Assembly: GCA_963740635.1 (NCBI GenBank)
Contig: CAVUEQ010000001.1
Coordinates: 17,026 to 81,025, forward strand
Reading direction: 5' to 3'
DNA length: 64,000 bases
Source: an uncultured bacterium
GTDB taxonomy: Bacteria; Patescibacteriota; Saccharimonadia; UBA4664
Every line of letters begins with the position of its first letter. Positions within the stretch are counted from its first letter, which is position 1. Under the pieces are notes generated by a model. That model had not been told where the DNA came from and did not search any database. It saw only the letters and a list, made by a program, of their open reading frames with translations. Positions 26,161 to 36,476 of this stretch are shown piece by piece. The position numbers and the translations under genes are program-made.

Positions 26161-28128
26161 CTACAGCAGGTTGACCGGGTCGAGGTCGGCGCTCCATGGT
26201 TCATGCAATCCGGCGGCAATGCCGGCCAGTGGTGGGCGGGATTTGGACCTGACCGTGATCACCCAGTGGTACTTGCCGGATGAGCGCTCGATGAAGGCCG
26301 GTGCGGGTCCGGTCACGGATATGCCGGCGCGGGTGCGCAGATCGGCTGCCACGCGGCCGGCTTCGGCGCTAGCCTCAGCCTGCGTGGCCAGGGCGACGGT
26401 GAGCTTGAGCAGGAAGACGTACGGGGGATAGTTTAGGGCTCTGCGCTCACGCATTTCGGCTTCCGCGAAGGTGTCGTAGGCGCTGTTGGCGGCTGCCACG
26501 ATGGCTGCGTGCCCGGGGGAATAGGTCTGGATGAAGACCTGGCCCGGCCGGTCGCCGCGGCCGGCCCGCCCCGAGACCTGGCTCAGCAACTGGAAGGCGC
26601 GTTCGGCGGCGGTGAAGTCGGGCAGATGGAGCATGGTGTCGGCCGAAATCACTCCGACAGTGTCGATGGCCGGCAAATCCAGCCCCTTGGCCACCATTTG
26701 GGTGCCGATCAGGATATCGAGCTCGCCGGCACCCAGTTGCTTAAAGACGGATTTGACGAAGGGCAGGGTGGCGCTGTCGTGGTCGAGGCGGGCGATGCGC
26801 GAGGTAGGCCACAGGTGTTGCGCCTCGGCCTCGATGCGTTTGGTGCCGCCGCCCAGCAGCCGGAGGTTGCTGCCGCCGCACTCAGGGCACACCGCAGGGC
26901 TGACAGTGCGGTAATTGCAGTGGTGGCAGACCAGGCGCATGAGGTCGGCGTGAAAGGTGAGAGGTAGCGCGCAGTGGGGGCAGACGCTGACGCGGCCGCA
27001 ATCGCCGCAGATTTGGCTGGAGGCGCTGCCGCGCCGGTTGATGTAGAGCAGAGTTTGGCGGCCGGCGGCCATGGTATCACTCACGGCATCGACCACTGGC
27101 TGAGTAATAAATTTGCTCATCTTGAATAATTCTTTTTCCCGCAAGTCAATGATTTTGGCTTGGGAAAGCACTATTTGATTTGTACGTTGTGTTAGAATTA
27201 TGTGCTCAATCCGGCCGGTTTGGGCGAGGTAGAGCTCTTGTAAGCGGGGTGTGGCAGAGCCCATAACCAGCCGGGCGGAACATGCTCGTGCGAGGTAGGC
27301 GGCGGCTGTGATGGCATGGTATTTGGGGTGCTGCTCCTGCTTGTAGGCGCTTTCGTGGCACTCGTCGACGACAATTAGGCCCAGATTATGCATGGGCAGG
27401 AACAAACAGCTCCGCGGGCCGATAATTACCCGCGGCTGCTCCGCGGCGGCTGAGGCGGCGGCCTCGGTCCAGATGGTATGGCGTTTGGCTTCGGTGAGCT
27501 TGGAATGGGTGGTGAGAACGGCATCGCCGAACGCGGATTCAAATTGAGCGACTACCTGCTGGGTGAGGGTAATTTCGGGCACCAGGATGATGGCGGAACG
27601 GCCCGAGGTGAGGGCTTCGGCGCTAAGCTCCAGATAGATCCGGGTTTTGCCCGAGCCTGTGACCCCCTGGATGAGATGGGTAGTGTGCGAGGATTTCCGG
27701 ATGCGCTGTAAAGCATCCGCTTGTTCGGGAGTGAGAGTCTGGCTGGGGAGGCCGGCGCCGATGCGGGGAGCTGTGGGCTCGGCCGCCGGGGTGCGCCGGT
27801 TTTTGGTAAGGCCGGCGGGCAGGAAGGTGGTGTAGACCACCCCGGGGCTACAGGCATAGTAGGCGGCCATCCAGGCGGCTAAGTCACGGAGTTCGGGGCT
27901 CAATGGCGGTTGTGGCAACACGAGAGCCAGCGGCTTGGTAGCGAAGGCGGGCGGACTGGGGAGGTGTTCGTGGATAATGCCGGTGACTAGCCGCCGCCCA
28001 ATCGGGATTTGGACGATTTGGCCTTCGGGGAGCCGGTCCCCGTCGTGGTGGTACGTGAAGGCCTGGGCCCGGCCGGTGTAGGCGAGCGGGACTACCAGAT
28101 AGTATTGACGCGCCACCACTTGATCCAT
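26161..28128 (-). CDS. priA: Primosomal protein N' (replication restart helicase)
   Basis: GVTGSGKT, VVDECHES, and a Cys-rich zinc-binding insertion (CGDCG...CPHC...CHHC...CPEC). Confidence 0.95.
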   Translation of the reverse strand: MDQVVARQYYLVVPLAYTGRAQAFTYHHDGDRLPEGQIVQIPIGRRLVTGIIHEHLPSPPAFATKPLALVLPQPPLSPELRDLAAWMAAYYACSPGVVYTTFLPAGLTKNRRTPAAEPTAPRIGAGLPSQTLTPEQADALQRIRKSSHTTHLIQGVTGSGKTRIYLELSAEALTSGRSAIILVPEITLTQQVVAQFESAFGDAVLTTHSKLTEAKRHTIWTEAAASAAAEQPRVIIGPRSCLFLPMHNLGLIVVDECHESAYKQEQHPKYHAITAAAYLARACSARLVMGSATPRLQELYLAQTGRIEHIILTQRTNQIVLSQAKIIDLREKELFKMSKFITQPVVDAVSDTMAAGRQTLLYINRRGSASSQICGDCGRVSVCPHCALPLTFHADLMRLVCHHCNYRTVSPAVCPECGGSNLRLLGGGTKRIEAEAQHLWPTSRIARLDHDSATLPFVKSVFKQLGAGELDILIGTQMVAKGLDLPAIDTVGVISADTMLHLPDFTAAERAFQLLSQVSGRAGRGDRPGQVFIQTYSPGHAAIVAAANSAYDTFAEAEMRERRALNYPPYVFLLKLTVALATQAEASAEAGRVAADLRTRAGISVTGPAPAFIERSSGKYHWVITVRSKSRPPLAGIAAGLHEPWSADLDPVNLL

Positions 28129-28168
28129 AGGGTTTAAGTATAGCGCGGCCCTCTGCTATGCTTGAGGC

Positions 28169-28825
28169 ATGTATTTCCACGACCGGGCAGAGGCGGGAGA
28201 CAGGCTGGCAGACGAACTATTGGAGTACCGCTACGAGAACACGGCGGTATTGGCATTGTCGCCGGGCGGCGTAGCCGTGGGCGAGCAAATCGCCCGGCGG
28301 CTGCACTGCGCGCTGTCGCTACTTTTGACCTCGCGCATTACCGCGCCGGGTGATGAGAGCCTGGTAATCGGGAGCGTCGACCAGACCGGCGGGTTTACTT
28401 ACAACTCCATGATCGCGGCCGGAGAAATGGAAGAGTATATGGAGGATTTGCGCGGGTATGTCGAAGAGGAGAAAATCCGCCGGTTGTACACGATGACGGC
28501 GGTGGTGGGGGACCATGGCCTGGCGGACCCGGCCCAGCTGACCGGGCGCAACATTATCATTGTGACCGACGGTGTAAAGAACGGCATTTCGTACGATGCG
28601 GCGGTGCATTATCTGTCCCGGGTGCAAGCCGAGAAGACGATCGCGGCCATACCGGTGGGACCGGCGGAAGTGATTGAGCGCATCCATGGGATGGTGGACG
28701 AGTTGCACTACCTCTACATCCCGGAGAATTTTCTGTCGGTGAAGCATTATTACACTGACGAGCCGGTGATTGACCCGGATACGGTGGTGTCCCGGATTGA
28801 TAATGTGGTAGCCAACTGGATCTAA
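28169..28825 (+). CDS. Phosphoribosyltransferase-family protein
   Basis: PRPP-binding-like IIIVTDGVKNGIS motif, about 218 aa. Confidence 0.75.
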   Translation: MYFHDRAEAGDRLADELLEYRYENTAVLALSPGGVAVGEQIARRLHCALSLLLTSRITAPGDESLVIGSVDQTGGFTYNSMIAAGEMEEYMEDLRGYVEEEKIRRLYTMTAVVGDHGLADPAQLTGRNIIIVTDGVKNGISYDAAVHYLSRVQAEKTIAAIPVGPAEVIERIHGMVDELHYLYIPENFLSVKHYYTDEPVIDPDTVVSRIDNVVANWI

Positions 28826-29021
28826 GGTTTACTGCGCCGGAACATTCGCCACTCCTACTCAGCGAATGTGGAACCCCTGCCCTCTGGGATCCCTATCGCA
28901 CACCCCGCTTCGGGCGTCGGGCAAATATTCCTCCGCAGTGCGCGGGAGAAGGATTTCGAGCGCCATCGAGCCTCGTTGAATTGACGCTTGAGGTTGATCT
29001 GGGATATAGTGCTCTTCAGAT

Positions 29022-30338
29022 ATGAGTTTACGGCTGAAATTCGGACTAATTCTAGCCTTGGCTGTGGTGACGGCGATACTGGCGTATCCGAAAGAGGATA
29101 CGATACTGCACGCGATTGGGATTAAGAAATCCAAGCTGCATGTGCAACAGGGGCTGGATTTGCAAGGCGGGGCGCAGCTGGTATTCCAGGCTGATTTGAG
29201 CAAGACCCCGCCCGGGCAGCGGTCGCAGGCAGTGGATTCGTTGATCGTGGTGATGACCAAGCGGGCCAACTTTGGCGGCACCAGTGAGACGATCGTGCAG
29301 CGCCAGGGCAGTGACAAGGTGAGTATTAGTTTGCCAGGCGTGAAAGACGTGAACGAGGCCATCGACCGGATCGGTAAAACGGCCAATCTGGAGTTTGTGG
29401 AGGTTAATTCGCAAACCAACCAGACCACGCCGACAGACCTAAGCGGCAAGGACGTGGAGAGTGCCACGGCTGACTACGACCCGCAGAAGGCACAGCCGGA
29501 TGTGCGGCTGAAACTGAAGGCGGGGGACTCGACCAAGAAGTTCGGCGATCTCACCACCAAGCTGTCGCAGAGCGGAAACTTTCTGCTGACATTGCTTGAT
29601 GGGGAGCCGACATTTGGACCGGCGCGGACCGAGCCGATCACCGACGGCACCGCGATCCTCACCGGCAACCTGGACATCCAGGCGGCCAAGAAGATTGCCG
29701 ACGAGATTACCGCCGGCGCGCTGCCGGTACCGGTGACGTTGGTAGAGCAGCGCAGTGTGGGCCCGACTCTGGGCCGCGAATCGGTGCAAGCGTCGCTGGT
29801 GGCAGGCGCGATCGGGCTCGGGGTGGTGGCGCTGTTTATGATTTTGTATTACCGGCTGGCGGGAGTGTTGGCGGTATTGGCGCTGGCGGTGTACACCACG
29901 ATCACGCTGAGCCTCTACAAGCTCAGCGTGCTACTGCCGGGGTACACGATTGTGCTGACGCTGGCCGGAATCGCGGGATTCATCTTAAGCATTGGGATGG
30001 CAGTGGACGCCAATATTTTGATTTTTGAGCGCATGAAGGAAGAGCTGAGGGCCGGCAAGAGCTTCGTGGCGGCTACGGAGGCGGCGTTTGACCGGGCCTG
30101 GACCAGTATCCGGGACTCGAACGTGTCCACCCTGATTACGTGCGCTATCCTGTTTATGACCTCAAGCGCCACGCCCATTATCCGGGGGTTTGCGGTGACG
30201 CTGGGGCTGGGAGTGATCGTGTCGCTGTTTACGGCGGTGGTGGTTACCCGGACGCTGCTGCGGCTGACAATCCGGCGCAAGTGGGGCCGGCACCCCAAAT
30301 GGTACGGCGTGAGAATGCCGTCGGAGGAGGCGGAATGA
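29022..30338 (+). CDS. secD: Protein translocase subunit SecD
   Basis: LGLDLQGG motif, periplasmic domain, C-terminal 6-TM block. Confidence 0.92.
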   Translation: MSLRLKFGLILALAVVTAILAYPKEDTILHAIGIKKSKLHVQQGLDLQGGAQLVFQADLSKTPPGQRSQAVDSLIVVMTKRANFGGTSETIVQRQGSDKVSISLPGVKDVNEAIDRIGKTANLEFVEVNSQTNQTTPTDLSGKDVESATADYDPQKAQPDVRLKLKAGDSTKKFGDLTTKLSQSGNFLLTLLDGEPTFGPARTEPITDGTAILTGNLDIQAAKKIADEITAGALPVPVTLVEQRSVGPTLGRESVQASLVAGAIGLGVVALFMILYYRLAGVLAVLALAVYTTITLSLYKLSVLLPGYTIVLTLAGIAGFILSIGMAVDANILIFERMKEELRAGKSFVAATEAAFDRAWTSIRDSNVSTLITCAILFMTSSATPIIRGFAVTLGLGVIVSLFTAVVVTRTLLRLTIRRKWGRHPKWYGVRMPSEEAE

Positions 30339-31255
30339 ACCTGATTGGGAAGCGCCGCATCTGGTATACGATTTCGCTGGTCATGATAGTGCCCGGGCTG
30401 ATCTCGCTGATTTTGTATGGGCTGAAGCTGGGGATTGATTTTAGCTCCGGACAGCTGCTGGTGGCGCGGGGGAATGTGTCGGTGGCGGCTGTGAATGACG
30501 CTGCCAAGGGCTTAAGCTTCCAGGATGTCCAGGTGGTACAAAGCGGTGCCGACCAGACTCAGATTCGCTTCCGCGACCCCTCGCCGCAGGCTCAGCATGA
30601 GGCCAACCACCAGAAATTCAAGGCGGCGCTGGAGAAAGAGAACATTTCGGAGCTGTCGTTTGACAGTGTGGGGCCGACGGTTTCGAGCACCATTGCCCGC
30701 AATGCCATCGTCAGCCTGATTTTGGTGTCACTGGCGATCGTGCTCTATATCGCCTGGGCGTTTCGCAACGCACCGCCGCCGGTGTCGCCGTGGAGCTTCG
30801 GGTTTATGGCCATTGTGGCACTGCTGCACGACGCGTTCTTCGTGCTAGGCGTGTTTTCGCTGCTGGGGCATTTCTTCGGGGTGGAGATTGACGCGCTGTT
30901 TGTGACGGCCATATTGACCGTGATTGGCTTCTCGGTGCACGACACGATCGTGGTGTTTGACCGGATTCGCGAGAATCTGCGCCGCGAGAAGGGCAGCTTT
31001 GAGACCATTGTGAACCACTCGATACTGGAGACGATCGCCCGGTCCATTAACACCTCGCTGACTGTTTTGCTAACTCTGCTCGCGCTGTATCTTTTCGGGG
31101 GCCAGTCGATCCGGTTGTTTGTGCTGGCGCTGCTGATCGGGATCGCGTCCGGGACCTATTCGTCGATCTTCAATGCGTCGCCGTTGTTGGTGACGTTCCA
31201 CAACTGGCGGCTCAAGCGGCGCGAGAAGGCCAGACTGAAGCCCAAAAAGGCCTAA
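30335..31255 (+). CDS. secF: Protein translocase subunit SecF
   Basis: Start MNLIGKRRIWY overlaps the secD stop (ATGA). GIDF.SG motif and C-terminal TM block. The track ORF (30140) extends spuriously upstream. Confidence 0.92.
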   Translation: MNLIGKRRIWYTISLVMIVPGLISLILYGLKLGIDFSSGQLLVARGNVSVAAVNDAAKGLSFQDVQVVQSGADQTQIRFRDPSPQAQHEANHQKFKAALEKENISELSFDSVGPTVSSTIARNAIVSLILVSLAIVLYIAWAFRNAPPPVSPWSFGFMAIVALLHDAFFVLGVFSLLGHFFGVEIDALFVTAILTVIGFSVHDTIVVFDRIRENLRREKGSFETIVNHSILETIARSINTSLTVLLTLLALYLFGGQSIRLFVLALLIGIASGTYSSIFNASPLLVTFHNWRLKRREKARLKPKKA

Positions 31256-31375
31256 TTGAGGCCGATCAGGCCTCCGTTGTAAAAAAGACTTGCATTCCGG
31301 TTATGGCTGGAGTACTGTGAATTTAACAACAGCTTGCGCTGCTGCTAAACAAATATCCCCTAAACAAAAAAACAC

Positions 31376-31657
31376 ATGCTTGAACTTTTCATTACGTCGA
31401 AAACCAGACGAAAAATCATCGTAATATATACGAAATATCCCGACTTCCGGATGCACGTCCGAGGCCTTGCCAAGATGATCAAAGAAGATCCCGGCAACGT
31501 GCAGCGAGAGCTTAAGAGGCTCGCCGAGGTCGGTTTTGTGACTGTTACCAACGAAGGCAACTCGAAAGTTTACGCGGCCAACCCGAAGTTCGCGCTCTAC
31601 CGCGAACTACAGGGGCTAGTGCTGAAGAGCCAGGCCCGCCGGGGGAACCACTCATGA
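31376..31657 (+). CDS. Winged-helix (ArsR/MarR-like) transcriptional regulator
   Basis: 93 aa; ...VRGLAKMIKEDPGNVQRELKRLAEVGFV... HTH plus wing. Confidence 0.65.
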   Translation: MLELFITSKTRRKIIVIYTKYPDFRMHVRGLAKMIKEDPGNVQRELKRLAEVGFVTVTNEGNSKVYAANPKFALYRELQGLVLKSQARRGNHS

Positions 31658-31800
31658 TGAGGTTGCTTGAATCGCTTTTGGTGCGCAATACGCGGCGCAG
31701 TGTTCACCGGCCGCGGGTGCAGTACCGGGCGCCGGAGCCGCCTATCGGGTTTGTGCGCCGCAGTGACCCGAATTTCTTCTTTTTGGCACGGAAGTTCTAG
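31654..31800 (+). CDS. Possible 48-aa basic mini-protein, translationally coupled to the wHTH gene
   Basis: ATGA overlap with the upstream stop; MMRLLESLLVRNTRRSVHRPRVQYRAPEPPIGFVRRSDPNFFFLARKF; followed by a terminator at 31829. Weak call. Confidence 0.3.
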   Translation: MMRLLESLLVRNTRRSVHRPRVQYRAPEPPIGFVRRSDPNFFFLARKF

Positions 31801-31828
31801 AGATATTCTTTTAAGTAAACAATTTACT

Positions 31829-31859
31829 GTGCGCCCAGTTTTAGCTGGCGCATTTTTTT
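31829..31859 (+). terminator. Rho-independent terminator
   Basis: tgcgcccag-tttta-gctggcgca followed by T7. Confidence 0.6.
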
Positions 31860-32048
31860 CGAACTACCGCAGACAACAGGTAGTCTTAACTTTAGACTTT
31901 TCGAAATTTATTGAGCGTGGGAAGCCGCTTATGGTCTTAAGTTAAGACTACCCTGCGGGAGGAATTGATAAGAAAGCTTGCATGGGCGTGATGATGTACA
32001 TCTTTGCGTATAAGTAGAAGCCATAGTTTGGCTGATATACTTAGGTTT

Positions 32049-33719
32049 ATGGCAGATGGGGTGAAGCAAGTCGCAGATCAGACAATTCCGGGGGTGGTGG
32101 CGAAGATTTTGGCCGGCCGGGGGATGACGCCTGAGCAAATGGGCGGCTTTTTGTATCCGGATTATGAGCGAGACCTGCATGACCCGATGCTGATGACTGA
32201 TATGGTAGTGGCGGTGGAGCGGATTATGGCGGCGGCCGCGGCGCAAGAGCGGGTGGTGGTGTACGGCGACTATGACATCGACGGGATCACCGCCGGCGCG
32301 GTGCTGATAGAGGCGCTGAGGGACCTGGGGCTGGAGGTCTCGAGCTATATCCCGGACCGTTTCGAGGAAGGCTACGGGATCAACCAGCGTGCGCTTGCGC
32401 GGTTGCAGCTTGAGGGCGCGCAGCTGGTGATAAGCGTTGACTGCGGAGTGACGAGCGTGGAGGAGGCCGCGTGGGCGCGCGCGAACGGGCTCGACCTGAT
32501 TATTACCGACCATCACACGCCGGGCGAGGTGATCCCGGAGGCGGTGGCGGTGATTAACCCGAAGCGGCCTGGTGACGCTTACCCGTTTAAGGAGCTGGCG
32601 GGAGTGGGGGTGGCATTTAAGCTGGTGCAGGCGCTGCAGGCGGCGGCCGGCAAGCCCGGTGCGGGCCAGGAGAAGTGGCTGCTGGACCTGGTGGCGATGG
32701 GGACGATTTGTGACGTGGTGCCTTTGGTGGGCGAGAACCGGGTGTTGGCGAGCTACGGATTGCGGGTGCTGCGGCGGACCCGGCGGGTGGGGCTGCGGGC
32801 CCTGGCCGAAGTGGGGGGCGTAGAGTTGGCGCGCCTGAGTGCACACGAGGTGGGTTTTGTGCTGGGGCCGCGTCTAAATGCGGCCGGCCGGCTCGAAAAC
32901 GCCGCCCAGAGCCTGGAGCTGGTCCTAACGGACGATGCAGCGCGGGCTCGGGAGATTGCGGCGGATCTGGAGCGCCTCAACCGGCAGCGCCGGGCCGACC
33001 AGGCAACGATTTTGGCTGAGGCAGAGGCGATGGCAGAGGCGCGACTCGACGACAAGGTGCTGGTGCTGGCGGATGCGGGCTGGTCGCATGGAGTAGTGGG
33101 GATTGTGGCTTCGAAGCTGGCGGAGAAGCTGCAGCGGCCGGTGCTCCTGGCCCAAGTGCTGGGGACGGAGGTCAAAGGTTCGGCCCGCAGCGTGCCCGGC
33201 TTTAATATGGTGGAGGCGCTAAAGTCGCAGGAGCACTTGCTCAGCCGGTTTGGCGGACATTTCTTCGCGGCGGGCTACACCTTACCTGTGGGCAAGCTGG
33301 ATGATTTGAGAAGGGGGCTGGGAGAATATTTTGACCAGGTGTCGGCTGCTCCCACCGCCGAGGCGACGCACCTGGCAACTGAGATTAGCTGGAGCGGGCT
33401 GGCGGAAGTGGGTGAAGACTTGCTGGCGTTGCTGGAGATGCTCGAGCCATTTGGCAGCGAGAACCCCCGGCCGGTCATTGGCCTGGGTGGATTGGAGGTC
33501 GTGGGGGTACGCAAAGTGGGGGCCGATGCCAAGCACCTGAGCCTGCGGGTACGCGACGAAGCCGGCAAAACGCTCGGCGCCATCGGCTTTGGCTTGGCAC
33601 GCAGGTATGAGGACTTGGCAATGGGCCATCGGGTGACCTTGAAGGGTACGTTGAATAATAATGAATTTCAGGGCAAAAATTCAGTACAAATGGTAATATC
33701 AGGGATCAGCTATGAATAA
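32049..33719 (+). CDS. recJ: Single-stranded-DNA-specific exonuclease RecJ
   Basis: DHH motifs (YGDYDIDGITA, SVDCG, ITDHH) and DHHA1 (GGH..AAG). ATG at 32049 preferred over the TTG at 32004. Confidence 0.9.
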   Translation: MADGVKQVADQTIPGVVAKILAGRGMTPEQMGGFLYPDYERDLHDPMLMTDMVVAVERIMAAAAAQERVVVYGDYDIDGITAGAVLIEALRDLGLEVSSYIPDRFEEGYGINQRALARLQLEGAQLVISVDCGVTSVEEAAWARANGLDLIITDHHTPGEVIPEAVAVINPKRPGDAYPFKELAGVGVAFKLVQALQAAAGKPGAGQEKWLLDLVAMGTICDVVPLVGENRVLASYGLRVLRRTRRVGLRALAEVGGVELARLSAHEVGFVLGPRLNAAGRLENAAQSLELVLTDDAARAREIAADLERLNRQRRADQATILAEAEAMAEARLDDKVLVLADAGWSHGVVGIVASKLAEKLQRPVLLAQVLGTEVKGSARSVPGFNMVEALKSQEHLLSRFGGHFFAAGYTLPVGKLDDLRRGLGEYFDQVSAAPTAEATHLATEISWSGLAEVGEDLLALLEMLEPFGSENPRPVIGLGGLEVVGVRKVGADAKHLSLRVRDEAGKTLGAIGFGLARRYEDLAMGHRVTLKGTLNNNEFQGKNSVQMVISGISYE

Positions 33720-35871
33720 ACTTAGTATTCAATATGATAGTAAACGCTTTAACAAAGCCGAAAATGCACTGATAGAGAAGGCCCTGGACTTTGCGATCCG
33801 GGCCCATGGTGACCAGTTCCGGGCCTCGGGGGGACCGTATGTGGACCATCCGATTGCGGTGGCGGAGATTGTAGCGGACTGGGGAATGGACTGTGAGGCG
33901 GTGCAAGCTGCCTTGCTGCACGATGTGGTAGAAGACACGCCGGTGACACTGGAAGAGCTAACCAAGGAATTTGGCAGCACAGTGAGTGAGTTGGTCCAGG
34001 GTTTGACGAAGCTAAAACTGTCGGCCACACCGCGCCTGCCCGCCGACAGCACGCGGCAAGAGCTCAACAACGAAAACCTGCGCAAACTGCTTTTGGCCAC
34101 CACCAAGGATTTTCGGGTAATTTTGATAAAACTGGCCGACCGGCTGCACAATATGCGGACGCTGGGCGCCTTGCCGGAGGATAAGCGGCTGAGAATCGCT
34201 CGGGAGAGCCTGGAGGTGTTCGCGCCGCTGGCCGACCGGCTGGGGATGGGCCAGCTCAAATGCGAACTGGAGGACCTGGGGTTTGCAGAGGTGATGCCAG
34301 GGGAATACAAGGACCTGCGGCGGCAGGTGGAGCGGGCGACTGCGGGGGCGGCCAAATATCTGGCGGGTCTCAAGCGGGCAATTGTGCGCCACCTCAAGCA
34401 CGAAGGGGTGGAGATTATCAAAATTGAGGCCAGGCAGAAGCACTACTTCAGCATCTACCGAAAACTGGTGAAGACCGGTGACATCGATAAAATTTATGAC
34501 CTGGTGGCCGTGCGGATTATCGTTGCGGACGTGGCGGCTTGCTACCAGGCACTGGGCATTCTGCACCAACACTACAAGCCGCTGATCTACCGCATCAAAG
34601 ATTACATCGCGGTGCCCAAGCCAAATGGTTACCAGAGCCTGCATACCACGGTGTTTGGCGAATCGGGGCGGATTTCGGAGATCCAAATTCGTACTCCCCA
34701 GATGCATGAAGCGGCTGAATTTGGCTTGGCAGCGCATTTTTATTACGACTCCCACAAATCGAGCTCGTCGTATGTCAAAGGCCGGAGCGCGAGCGCCCTG
34801 CCTGCCAACATGGAGTGGGTGAAGGACGTGGCGCATCTCCAAACCATGGCGCCGGGCGGACAGGAATTTGCCGACGGTGCCAAGCTGGAGTTGTTTTCGG
34901 GCCGCATTTTTGTGTTCTCGCCCAAGGGCGACCTCTATGACCTGCCGGAAGGCTCCACGCCGCTGGATTTTGCCTTCGCGGTGCATTCGGATATTGGCTT
35001 GCGGACTCAAGGCGCCAAGGTAAACGGCCGCATGGTGCCGCTGAGCACGCCGCTGGAAAACCGGGATGTGGTGGATGTGGTGACACGCCGGGAGCCGGCT
35101 CCGAGCCGTGATTGGCTGAGCCTGGTGGTGACCAGCCACGCCAAGAGCCGCATCCGGTCCTGGTTTAGGGCCTCCAGCCGGGAGGCCAATATCGTATTGG
35201 GGCGTCAGGCACTGGAGGTTGAGCTGCAGACTTGGGGCATCAAGCGATTGGAGGAGATCCCCAAGCGGACACTGGGTGAGGCGCTTGATGCGCTGCATAT
35301 CAAAAGCGCGGATGACCTGTTTGCTTATGTGGGGGACGGTACCCTAACGCTGGCGCAGGCGATCCGCCGGCTAGTACCGAACGCGGCCAAGCCGACGGGC
35401 GTGAAGGTGGTGAAGCGCAAAGAGCCGACCGGGCGAGTGTTGGTGGAGCAGAGCGACCTGCCGTACTCGCTGGCGCCATGCTGCAACCCGCAATACCCGA
35501 TGGTGCTGATCGGGTATGTCACCCGCGGCAAGGGCGTGACGGTGCATGCGCTGGGCTGCCGCAACGTGCCCGCTGACTATGAGCGCTACGTGACTTGCCG
35601 GTGGGAAACGGCCGAGAGCGGCCAGGAAATGCTGGCGTGTGTGGTGTTGGTGAAGTCGGTGAACCGGCTGGGGTTGCTATCTGATCTCACTGGAACCGTG
35701 GCCAAGCGCAATCTCAACATGGCCAACATACGCTCCCAGGTGTCGGAGCAGGATGGCACCAGTACGATAGAATTCACGGTCGAGGTTCCCGACTTCTTCG
35801 TGTTCGCGAATTTGGTGCGCGATTTGAGCAAGATACCGGGCGTGAGCCGGGTAAGTAGGATTTCCACGTAA
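33712..35871 (+). CDS. relA: Bifunctional (p)ppGpp synthetase/hydrolase (RelA/SpoT homolog)
   Basis: HD domain (HPIAVA..LHDVVEDT), synthetase block (YQSLHTTV), TGS and ACT regions. Confidence 0.95.
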   Translation: MNKLSIQYDSKRFNKAENALIEKALDFAIRAHGDQFRASGGPYVDHPIAVAEIVADWGMDCEAVQAALLHDVVEDTPVTLEELTKEFGSTVSELVQGLTKLKLSATPRLPADSTRQELNNENLRKLLLATTKDFRVILIKLADRLHNMRTLGALPEDKRLRIARESLEVFAPLADRLGMGQLKCELEDLGFAEVMPGEYKDLRRQVERATAGAAKYLAGLKRAIVRHLKHEGVEIIKIEARQKHYFSIYRKLVKTGDIDKIYDLVAVRIIVADVAACYQALGILHQHYKPLIYRIKDYIAVPKPNGYQSLHTTVFGESGRISEIQIRTPQMHEAAEFGLAAHFYYDSHKSSSSYVKGRSASALPANMEWVKDVAHLQTMAPGGQEFADGAKLELFSGRIFVFSPKGDLYDLPEGSTPLDFAFAVHSDIGLRTQGAKVNGRMVPLSTPLENRDVVDVVTRREPAPSRDWLSLVVTSHAKSRIRSWFRASSREANIVLGRQALEVELQTWGIKRLEEIPKRTLGEALDALHIKSADDLFAYVGDGTLTLAQAIRRLVPNAAKPTGVKVVKRKEPTGRVLVEQSDLPYSLAPCCNPQYPMVLIGYVTRGKGVTVHALGCRNVPADYERYVTCRWETAESGQEMLACVVLVKSVNRLGLLSDLTGTVAKRNLNMANIRSQVSEQDGTSTIEFTVEVPDFFVFANLVRDLSKIPGVSRVSRIST

Positions 35872-35930
35872 ATGGAGTCCGATATGTTATACTCACACGC
35901 GGAATTCAGTTATAATTACAGCAAGAGACT

Positions 35931-36431
35931 ATGAAAATATTATTCGTTCAAAGTGGCGGGACGATCGACAAAGAGTACCAAAACGGCGCCGAGGCCTACA
36001 ACTTTATTATCACCACGCCGTCGGTTGAGCGCATTTTGGCGCAGATACAGCCGACTTTTGAGTACCGGATCTTGAGCGTGGTCAAGAAAGACAGCATGGA
36101 TCTGACGGACGATGACCGCCGGGCGATAGTACAAGCGTGCAAGAAGGCGGACGAGAAGCGCATCGTGATAACGCATGGCACCAATACAATGGCGGCGACC
36201 GGCAAGGCACTGAGCGGAATTACCGACAAAGTCATTGTGCTTACCGGTGCATTGCGGCCGGAGCGCTTTTACAATTCGGATGCTAGCTTTAACGTGGGTT
36301 CGGCCATAGGCGGTGTCCAGACGCTGGAAACGGGGGTTTATATCGCCATGAGCGGACGCATATTACCTTGGGACCAATATCTGAAGCATCCGGACACGGG
36401 CCGGTTTTGGGCCAGGGACGAGCAGTCTTAG
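35931..36431 (+). CDS. Short asparaginase-like protein (N-terminal domain only), paralog 1
   Basis: SGGTIDK, THGTNTM, VLTGALRP motifs; 166 aa. Confidence 0.75.
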   Translation: MKILFVQSGGTIDKEYQNGAEAYNFIITTPSVERILAQIQPTFEYRILSVVKKDSMDLTDDDRRAIVQACKKADEKRIVITHGTNTMAATGKALSGITDKVIVLTGALRPERFYNSDASFNVGSAIGGVQTLETGVYIAMSGRILPWDQYLKHPDTGRFWARDEQS

Positions 36432-36476
36432 CGCTCCCGGTTGATATGGCCCTATAGAAAGGGATATCCTTAGGGC

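Noticed and set aside
28859-29467. 202-aa minus-strand ORF
   Set aside because: It overlaps the secD promoter region and the secD 5' coding region in antisense. secD is well supported.
31667-31945. 92-aa plus-strand ORF
   Set aside because: It runs through a rho-independent terminator (31829-31859), has no RBS and has odd composition.
31929-32846. 305-aa minus-strand ORF
   Set aside because: It is antisense to recJ. It is extremely H/R/P/Q-rich.
34012-35298. 428-aa minus-strand ORF (and 33729-34421, 230 aa)
   Set aside because: Both lie opposite the RelA/SpoT gene, which has unambiguous HD and synthetase motifs. They are shadow ORFs.
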